From positions 7,477-71,476 of the forward strand of contig JYNZ01000002.1 of NCBI GenBank assembly GCA_001567355.1: 64,000 nt of DNA. The letters run 5' to 3'. The translations under genes were made by a program, and so were the position numbers. Origin of the DNA: a candidate division WS6 bacterium OLB20. Lineage in GTDB: Bacteria; Patescibacteriota; Dojkabacteria; B142; OLB20. The notes beneath the pieces were generated by a model that was not told the origin of the DNA, searched no databases, and worked only from the letters and a program-made list of their open reading frames with translations. This document shows, piece by piece, positions 50,070 to 59,500 of the stretch. The first letter of the stretch is position 1. The number at the start of each line of letters is the position of its first letter.

Positions 50070-50619
50070 ACTCCTCTGCGAGAATCCGGAAGTACTCTTT
50101 TTCTGTGACCAGATCCTTCATTGATTCCATTCTGTCGGGGAAGAGAATACCTTCAAGATGATCATACTCATGCTGAAATATCCGTGCCGGAAATCCGCTG
50201 AGTGACATAGATGACTTTTTGCCCTGCGCATCGGTGTATGTGAATGAAACACCTTCAGATCTGAGCACACGACCCCGTATTCCCGGGATGCTGAGGCATC
50301 CCTCCCATCCGGTAACAGTTTCTTTACTGAGCACGATGTCTTCCGGATTAATTACTGCAACAGGGTCCATTTCCGGAGCATCCGGGTATCTGCTGTTTGG
50401 TCGTGAGGCAATGATCATTATACGTAAAGGATTGTATACCTGCGGCGCTGCAATCCCAACTCCGTCAGCATCTTTGAGAGTGGCAAACAGATCTGCAATC
50501 AGATCCTGTGTGTCCTGCTGTTGAAGATCTGAAATGCACACCGCGGATGCCTTGGTTCTCAGGACCGGGTGACCGAGTTGTGCGACCTGCAGAATACGTG
50601 CCATAGATGATTGTACCAA
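50056..50619 (-). CDS. def: peptide deformylase
   Basis: The three PDF motifs: GVGIAAPQV, EGCLSIPG and HEYDHLEG. Confidence 0.9.
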   Translation of the reverse strand: MVQSSMARILQVAQLGHPVLRTKASAVCISDLQQQDTQDLIADLFATLKDADGVGIAAPQVYNPLRIMIIASRPNSRYPDAPEMDPVAVINPEDIVLSKETVTGWEGCLSIPGIRGRVLRSEGVSFTYTDAQGKKSSMSLSGFPARIFQHEYDHLEGILFPDRMESMKDLVTEKEYFRILAEESSHE

Positions 50620-50647
50620 AAAGCCCTCCGCATGGCAGAGGGCTTTT
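50616..50647 (-). terminator. rho-independent terminator of the 50665..51756 gene (minus strand)
   Basis: AAAAGCCCTC-tgccatgcg-GAGGGCTTTT followed by TT on the minus strand. Confidence 0.6.
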
Positions 50648-50664
50648 ACCGGGTTTACGTCAGA

Positions 50665-51756
50665 CTACTTCTTCTTGCCTTTGCCTGCGCGATGCTTGCG
50701 AATGCGATATCCTACGTAAAGAATCAGCAATACTGCAATAGCGAGCAGCAGTTTCCAGGGGATAACCCAGAATGTGAACTCCTGAGCATCAACAATCTTT
50801 TTGCTGCCGGCATCATCATACCCGACAGCCAGCTTTGCTGTGTACTGTCCAAATGGAAGGCTGAAGTTTGAGGGATCGACTGCAAACCTCGTCTGTACTG
50901 TGCCGTTTTCGTCTGTTATCTCGTTTCCGTTTTCGTCCAGAACAGGTTTCAGTTCTAGTAAGGCACCTGTCCAGCGGTCAACAAACACACGTGCGCTGTC
51001 TTTAAGGATGCTGCCGTTTGCAGGATTGAAATCCAGCTCGGCAATCTTCGAGTCTCCGCTGTAGATGAAGATGTGGCCAAGAGGAACTGTGTGGCTGTTA
51101 CCGACGTTTCGAAGTTCGGTAACGAAACCGACCGGCATCCACTCAAAGACATTAACAAGCGGCTTCTGGCGGGTAAACGGATCTGTAGCGTAGAACTTGT
51201 CCACGGTAAGTGTCCTGACGACATCGCCCTTAACATTCAGGAGGATAATTGCAGCTCGCTCGTCTTTAAAGGCAATGTTGTTGTTGCCTGTATCAAGAGA
51301 CTGGCCCGGTTTTACAAGTGAAGCGATAATACCTGCATAGTGACCTCCGGGTTCTGCGTCAACCGGTACTTCGATAGTAAAGTCAATAACTTTGGTATTG
51401 GGATTATCCGGCTCGACCTGCTTAACGATAAACTCGGATTCAGAGAGGCTGATCCACTCTTTTAAAGAAGCCGAGTATGGCAGTTCTTCGTTATGAAAGA
51501 GCGGAGTGCCCGACTGACCGTCAGATTTGAAGTTAAGTGTATACAGATACAACGTCTTGTCAGAGAACGTTGAGTTAATCAGCTTCAGCTGACCGGTGAC
51601 AGTCTCTCCCGGGTCAACGTCATACTCAAACCTTACTGGTGAAACTGTAATACCTTTGTCATCCACAACATTATCCTGTGCAAATGACTGTGACAACATA
51701 CCTCCCAGAAACAGCGCAGTCAGTGCAGCTGTCAGGAGTAGCGACTTCTTAAACAT
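50665..51756 (-). CDS. cell-surface protein with N-terminal signal peptide and C-terminal TM anchor plus a basic tail (DUF916/DUF3324-like architecture)
   Basis: Signal peptide MFKKSLLLTAALTALFLGGMLSQSFAQD, and a C-terminal WKLLLAIAVLLILYVGY followed by RIRKHRAGKGKKK. Confidence 0.5.
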   Translation of the reverse strand: MFKKSLLLTAALTALFLGGMLSQSFAQDNVVDDKGITVSPVRFEYDVDPGETVTGQLKLINSTFSDKTLYLYTLNFKSDGQSGTPLFHNEELPYSASLKEWISLSESEFIVKQVEPDNPNTKVIDFTIEVPVDAEPGGHYAGIIASLVKPGQSLDTGNNNIAFKDERAAIILLNVKGDVVRTLTVDKFYATDPFTRQKPLVNVFEWMPVGFVTELRNVGNSHTVPLGHIFIYSGDSKIAELDFNPANGSILKDSARVFVDRWTGALLELKPVLDENGNEITDENGTVQTRFAVDPSNFSLPFGQYTAKLAVGYDDAGSKKIVDAQEFTFWVIPWKLLLAIAVLLILYVGYRIRKHRAGKGKKK

Positions 51757-52262
51757 CAGTCTGTCCTAACAAATAAAGAGGAAAATAATAAGAGCTTGAT
51801 GGGCATTAGGCTCAAGACTAAATTAATAGGCTGGTTCTGTCAATTGTATGTAATCAAGTGCAGAAATGCGCTATTCAGGTGTGTTCAACCTGTGTACGTC
51901 GGGGAGGCTTACAGCTCTAGGACTCACGGATCGCCCTGCCAGTCTGTGTTTTTTGTGGATTTTCTTTCCATCATTTCTTACGTTTATCCTTGACATCGGT
52001 TTCAAATATTTCTACAGTAGCTATGAAGTCTTGCACACTTCTTTGCTATCTGAATTTTACGACTGCCTTGAATATTAGCTGTTTCAGTCACAACCAATCT
52101 TTGCTGATAAAGCCAGGACGCGATGTTGTATTTCGCATTCCTGGCTTTTATTATTTTCGGTTTCGTTATCTGCCTCTGGCAGAGAGCAAATTCAATCGAA
52201 AGGGGGTGAGCATGGAACAATAAGCTTTAGAAACCGGCTTACTAAATTTTATCCATATTGCT
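51757..52262 (+). promoter_or_regulatory. 506-bp AT-rich divergent control region containing a promoter-like TTGACA-17-TACAGT (~51982-52010), a 10-bp-arm hairpin (52111-52150), and a strong SD (AAAGGGGGTGAG) driving a 3-codon mini-ORF (ATG GAA CAA TAA, 52212-52223)
   Basis: Read directly from the sequence. No protein-coding frame of convincing composition spans this region. Confidence 0.3.
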
Positions 52263-53516
52263 ATGACGCAATTATTTGTCAAAAGAAACTTTAAAGCAGT
52301 TTCACTATTAACTATTTTTACGTTTGCATTCTACATGGTCGCTGCTGTTGTCCTCGTTAACGGGGTCAGTGCTGCAACTATTACGTCTGCAAGCGACACA
52401 ATGTCACGACTTCAGGTGAGTGTCGTCGATGTCGAACACACTATCGTGTTTACACCGGTGACAGCAATCAACCAGGATGACGGTGTCCAGTATACACTGG
52501 CCTCCGCATTCGGTGATACCGATCTTGATGTCGCTGACTACTCAATCTCTCAGGGTACAGGCGGCACTGCCTGTGCATCCTGGACAGAGGTTACCTATGT
52601 GCCAGCAAACGATGTCATTCAGTTTGAATGCGACACTGTTGGCGCTGCCGGTACAGGTCCGATCACTCTGACCATCACTACCGATCTTGACAACCCGGCA
52701 ACAGCCGCCAGTTACGAAATCGGTATTACAACATACGACCTCGGTGCTGACACTAACTTCGGTGGTGTTGATGATGTTGTAGAGGATACCGGAGAGGTTG
52801 AGGTCTCAATCCTAGACGATGACACTGTTAATATTACAGGCTTCATCGATACGTTCATCACCTTTGACATCGACACATCTGAGGTAGACGAGGACTGTGA
52901 TGCTGCAGGCGGTACAACCCCCTGTGACAGCCATGGTGGCTCATCTGATAACTCAGGGTATGTCGTTGACCTCGGTGAGTTGAACACATCATCAGTTAAC
53001 GACTCTGGAGACTCAGTAGTACATGCTGACAGTCTCGCAGGAAGCATCAACTACATCTGGTTCGATACATCAACAAACGCCGATGGTGGCGTAGTTGTGA
53101 CCGTGCTCAGTCTTGTAGGAGAGAACGATGTTGACGGTACCCCCGATAACACGATCTCGGCTCTTGAGGGTCCCGGAACAAACGAGATCCGCTCAGTAGC
53201 TGCTGGAGCTGCAACCGCCATTGCTGCAGGTGACGGTCTGTACGGTCTGGCATTTGCTGCTGATGACACCGGTGTAAACACAGTTGTATCCGGATCAGCC
53301 GCAACGATCGCAGCTTTCTACGATCAGTCTGCTGCCGGTGAGTTTGGACCGATCCCGAGTGATCCTGGAGGAGGAACACCTGCTACTATTTTCAGCAGCA
53401 CGGGTCCTCTTGACCAGTCACGCACACAGTTTGAAGTCGCTGCATCACCTGATGCCACAGACGGTACAGGTACATACACCGACGAACTGACGTTTATCGC
53501 TACAGCAACCTTCTAG
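52263..53516 (+). CDS. secreted surface protein sharing its ~230-aa C-terminal module with the downstream giant protein
   Basis: N-terminal signal-anchor. The C-terminal block ILDDDTVNITGFIDTFITFDIDTSEVDEDCDAAGGTTPCDSHGGSSDNSGYVVD...GTYTDELTFIATATF parallels the C-terminus of ORF 53595..61097. Confidence 0.55.
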   Translation: MTQLFVKRNFKAVSLLTIFTFAFYMVAAVVLVNGVSAATITSASDTMSRLQVSVVDVEHTIVFTPVTAINQDDGVQYTLASAFGDTDLDVADYSISQGTGGTACASWTEVTYVPANDVIQFECDTVGAAGTGPITLTITTDLDNPATAASYEIGITTYDLGADTNFGGVDDVVEDTGEVEVSILDDDTVNITGFIDTFITFDIDTSEVDEDCDAAGGTTPCDSHGGSSDNSGYVVDLGELNTSSVNDSGDSVVHADSLAGSINYIWFDTSTNADGGVVVTVLSLVGENDVDGTPDNTISALEGPGTNEIRSVAAGAATAIAAGDGLYGLAFAADDTGVNTVVSGSAATIAAFYDQSAAGEFGPIPSDPGGGTPATIFSSTGPLDQSRTQFEVAASPDATDGTGTYTDELTFIATATF

Positions 53517-53594
53517 GGTTGGCTAATGCACCGCTCTCTACCGCGATGTAGAGAGCGGACATGAGCTAATCGCTCAAGTGCACTTCTTACTTGT

Positions 53595-56500
53595 TTGATC
53601 GAACTTATGCAACACGTCACCAGCAAGGGGACGGCGTTAGTCAGTAGGGTGCGAACCCTTCCCCGCAGAGCTGTCTATTTTTCAGCTGCATTGATTGCAG
53701 TTTTTCTGGTTGCAAGCGCAGGTATTCTGTATAGCGGCATTATCAACGCTGCTCCGCCTGCTCTTGAGAAAATTGATGACTATAACAGCGCTGGAGCTGA
53801 TAACGACTTTGGCGACGCCATTTATGACCACGGAGACGGTACATTCTCAACAGTAGCATTCTCTGACACAGAGTTCAGAATTGCTCACTATGAGGCAGAC
53901 GGTAATCTGCTTGCTGCGGATACAGCATCTACATCAGCGGGTTCTCCGCCCGTACCGCTTGCCTATGTGTCTTCAGGTTCGGCGGACAAGGGCACTGCTT
54001 CAAGTGGCAGTCATCTTGCCTCAACCGGAACAGGTGAAAAACGCTATCTTGTTGTGTTTCTGCAGTACAGAGCAACATCGCCTGCAGGCAGCGCGGTCGA
54101 TTATAACGGAACAGCCATGAACCGTCTCTGTTATGACAATAACAGTGACTACGGTACAGAGCTGTGGGTACTTGCTAATCCAGACAGCGGAACAAACAGC
54201 ATCGGGTTTACCATGACAGGCTCAACGCCTGATATCAGGATCGGGTATGTATCAGCCGAGGGAGTGGAACAGTCGTCACCGTACCGTGATTTTGACTGCG
54301 CAAACGGACACAGTACAAATCCAACAATTACCGTAACATCTGCAGACGGCGATCTTGTCATTGGAGCTAATGCCCAGTATTCAGGCGGTAACAGTCAGTC
54401 ACTTGATACAGTCGGAGCGACATCAAACTGGATCAACCAGCTGGGCGGTCCAAATGTTCTCTCATCATCTGCGAGGATAAGTGCAACAGGAGCATCAACC
54501 AACCTTTCCTGGACGTCAACCGTTTCGTGGCATTGGAGTACAGCGGCCCTATCTCTTAAACCCGATACGGGTACTGGCGGAGGTGCATCAGAAACAGTCA
54601 CGGTAGATGACACATCTAATTTTGGTGACTCGAATACCGATTACCTTTCGGGCAGCCACACCGTAAGCGGCCTTAACAGATTTATGCTGACACAGATTTC
54701 ATGGCAGGACAACGACAGTACGTCAGCAACTGTCAGTTATGTTGACTCTTACACTGGTGACTACACATCATTCAGCGAGCTGTGTACAACCAATAATGGC
54801 AAGTATTATACGTCGCTGTGGTACCTTGAGGATCCCGCAGCTGCAGAGCATAATATTGAAGTTTCATTCTCAAACTATGTATATGCAATTGATGTCAGGA
54901 CAACCTCGTTTAATGGAGTCTCCCCGGATAATCCGATTGACAACTACAACTGTAATGCAGGTAGCGATACAACGCCTACTGTGACTGTCACCTCGGCTGA
55001 GGGGAAATACACATACGGAGGAGCAGCAACGAATGAAAACAACTCGCTCTCACTTGGTGCCGGTATGAGCGGTGTTAACATAGGGTCAAACTATGGAACA
55101 CTTGTATCAGGTGCAACCAAGGTGGCTACACCATCCACTGATTTTTCCTGGACCCTGTCGGGTGGAGGAGGTGGAGGCACTGTCTATATGCTTGCACGCA
55201 GTTCTGCTGATCTCTACGATATAGATCCCGACACAGGAAGCACCAACGGGACACTTTCGCTGTATAAAAGCGGTGGGGATGTTTACGGAGGCACAGGTCT
55301 TGCGGTAGATCCGACTGATGACAGTATGTATGCAATCCTTGATACGGATACAAACTCATTTGTACTTTCAACCATCGATTACAGCACTGGAGAGATTACC
55401 GAGATCGGCTACCTTGGTGACAATTTTGCGGGTATCGCTATCGATGATAACGGCATCATGTATGGTGTTACAGGTCACGGAGCTGTAAATCCCGAGGAGA
55501 TTTACACAATCGACAAATCTACAGCGGCAACTTCTTTCTTTATGTCTTTAAGCTCAACAGGTTCAGGCCAGGGCATTGCTTTTAACACAAGTGACGGATT
55601 TCTTTACCGCACGGGAGGTGAGGACAGCTATGACGGGCTGATGGACAGGATCAATGTGAACACAGCGTCTGTAGCCGCAACATACTATCCAAGCGGAGAT
55701 TACTATGACCGCTTCAAGGCACTTGGTTACTGGGGAGGATCGTATGATTTTCTTGGTTTTGGTACAGGATACCTCTATGGTGTCAGTGATACCGGAAGCG
55801 TTACTGAAATCGGCTTTAACGGTTATGACAATAAAAAGGGTATAGCAGTCGTGCAGGATAGTTCAACGCCCTGGGCCGCAGCTGCAGTTTCGATTAATCC
55901 GATAGAGTCCTCTCCAATTACTGTGGCTACATCGGGTAATAGCTACGACAGTTTCTCGCCTGTTACGTATCTCTCGACAAACTATATGGAATCTACAGGG
56001 GGACAGCGTGCAGCCTATATTACATTACAGTATGAGTACGATAGCCCCGCGTCCTCTCCAGTTGATACTGTTGAGTTCTATGACGATAGCACAAGTGAGA
56101 CAATAGCCGCCACGTTTCTATGCAGGAGTTATGAGGGCAATTTCGTATTTGAACAGTACTATGTATCAGACCCTGCTTTGAGTGATTCAGTCTACGCTCA
56201 AGCATCGTTTAGCACCGGTGTTGACGAGGCTCACATTCATATGTCTATCCTTAACGGTGTTGATAATTCTGATCCGGTAGGAACTGGAGTCTGCAACAAT
56301 GGAACGTCTATTGATCCACAGGTATCTGTCTCGACCGGCTCGACTAACGAATTTCTAATGGCGGGAATCACAGCTTACAGAGATTCAGGCAGTCAGGTTG
56401 TTTATTCCGGACTGGATGCAAACGAGGAAAGCCAACTTTCGGGAGACAGTATTATTTCTGCTGTTGAATCCCAGACCGCTGATGCTGGCTCAACGCTTAT

Positions 56501-59500
56501 GGAATTTGATCTTAACCAGAGTGGCGACTGGGCAATGGGAGCTGTTCCATTCAAGAATATTGAAGCAAATGTCGTACCGGAAGGAGGACTCTCGGGTGCC
56601 TACAGGATTGCAGGAGGCAGGGGAGCATTCATTGCTGACAGTTCTGGCAATTTCTATGCTGCGGCAAACAACACTAACTCGGTTACAAACAGACAGTTCA
56701 GAATTTCTAAACATGGCACAGACGCATCTGAGACATGGTTCTTTACTAAATCGATTGAAGAAGGTGATGCACTTAATTATGCCAATGACCTTGCAGTTGA
56801 CAGCTCAGGCAATGTCTATATTGCTGCCGATATGGATGTATCAGGCATCAATGAAGGAAAGATCATTAAGCTTGATTCGTCTGGCGCAGAGGTTACCACG
56901 TTCGACTTTGAAGACACTGTGTCCGAAGGGTCAGGTATCTGGGATATATTCATAGATGGCAGTGATAACATATATGCCTGCGGATACAACAAGTACGACT
57001 CCAGCAGTCAGTATCAGGATATGTATGTCCAGAAACTTACTACTTCCGGAACAGTAACATGGGACTATAATTTCAGCACCACACCCAAAAACACTAACGA
57101 AAGCTGCCGCTCACTCGTTAAAAGCGGCTCTGATATTTACATCTGGGGTATGAGCAGCAGCGGAACAGCAGGAGCAAGCGGTCTGAAGAGAACACTTGTA
57201 CGACTTGACGACGCGTCAGGTTCGCAGCAGTACGCGCAGGTTGCAGGTTCGGAGATTGATTCCTCATCCTACACGGCTGACGAGGTTAACCTGATTGCTT
57301 CAAAGGGCTTACTTGTTCTTTCAGGAACAGAACTCTATGCGGTCAGCTGGAATCCGGGGAGCGGATCGTCACTGTTCCAGTTTACTGCTGCAACAGGATC
57401 GCTGCTTGAATCGGGATTATACAGCGGTTCCGGTATCGCAAACCCGCTCATCACATCTGTTGGAGTATATGAAGGCTATGATGGTGATACATGGGTGGCA
57501 GTCGGAGGCTATGACTACGATGCAACTGAACAGGGCTTCATCGGTCTGACCAATGCAGATGAAATTTCCATGGGTGTACCTGGTGAACATGACACAGTAG
57601 GGTCAAACGGTACCGAGGTCAGAGTCACCGGTCTGGTTATCGATGATAATACAATCTACGCATCGGGCTATGATATGGATGGAGGCAACGGAGCAGACTC
57701 GTATCTGGGACGCTTTGGATGGTCAGTACTGACAGTGACCTCATCAAACAATGTGTTTGCAAAGGATAGAGGACTCAACCTTGAGGACCACAAATACATG
57801 GGTGGCAACGAGTTTACTGCTCAGGTCAGGACCTCAGGGGGCACCACTTTTGCCGAAGTGCCGTTTGAATTTGCAAATGATGACATCAGTTCGATGGATC
57901 TTAACGGAGGATATGATGCCGTTTCATACAAGACCTACTATGAAGGTGAGTCACCTGCGACTGGAGCAGAATATACACTTATAGTCGCCCGTGACAGTGG
58001 ACACAATGCCGTTAGAATCTGCCCGGATGCAGACAGTTTTGTCAGCATTGCTGAGAGCTGTGTGGGTGAGGAGATTCTGCCCGACACTGATGCCAGGGTT
58101 ACAAATGATGGTGCAACATTTACAGTTACCGGATTTGAAGTTGACAGTGCGTATGGAGTTGCAAGTATTACTGTTGACGCATCAGTCGATGTAACAGAGT
58201 TTCCTATCTATGATTTTGACAGCGGTGTGGATGAATCACGACCGACAGTTAAAGCGTTAAACGGGCACATCATCTATGCTTCAGGAAACGGCGCAGGCCA
58301 GATAAACCTTTCCAAGATTCGCATCTATGACAATGAGACAATCTGGGAAAGAACATTTGAAAATCCGGGTGGGTACGTTCTGTTTGATCAGCTGAAGATC
58401 GAACTGGATTCAACCGGAAACATATTTGTAGGTGCTGATATGGCGATCCCCGGGGAAGGAAACAATCATGACTACTTCCTGATTAAATTTGACAGCAATG
58501 GTAACGCACTGTGGCATAAGGCATACGATGGCGGCAGCACAGCACATGATTCCTTTGATCTGTTTCAGGATATGCATGTTGACAGTAATGGCAATGCCAT
58601 TCTAACAGGCATCCTGGAGGTCGCATGGCCAACAAGTCCATTCTGGAAACAGGTTGCAGGGACTATAAAGGTCAATGCACAGGGAATAGAGGTCTGGCGC
58701 TATGTTGAGGACGAAGGCCCTCAACACAGTTACTCATACGACATCATCTCTGATTCGACAGGTAATATTTATGTCTGCGGTGGTGCGGACATGGATACGA
58801 CAGGACCTTCATACCGAGACTTCTATGTAAGCAAGATTGATAACAGCACCGGAAATAATGTCTGGACGTATCGCAACGCGACGACAACTACCGGCTCATT
58901 TGCACTTGAGAATTGTGAAGCATTACAGATCGGAAATGGAGGCAGCACGATTGTAGCCGCCGGTACGATAAAAGCTGTCAGCGATAACGGAACATTGCGC
59001 TGGTTTGTGGCTGGACTGAGCACTACAACAGGAGCGCTGCAGTGGAGTGATACAGATAACTTTGCTGATAACCCGGGATTTGCCCCGATATACACTCTGG
59101 CAAGTGCATACAACTCAGACAGTGACAGGGTGCTTTTTGCAGGCAGAGACTTATATTCTGGTCCGGGTGATGCATTCGCAAAACTCTATAATCCTGCAAC
59201 CGGAGCAAAGATATGGGAGAAAAGCATAAACGTAACCGGTAACAATGACTTCTTTAACTCTGCTGCTACCTATTCCGACTTCCAGGGCAATCCGCACTAT
59301 CTGGTGCTGGGAGGATACAGTAACGGCAGCAAGAACATCTTCATGCTGAGAAGCTACACCTCCTCAGGTCTGGAAGAGTTCAACAAAACGTATGATGCCG
59401 GTACAAACGCTTATGGTACGTCTCTTGTTGTGGACTCCAGAGGAATTGTATATACAGGGCTCATTGCAGATACGGGATCCGGTGCTGATGGAGCCGTTCA

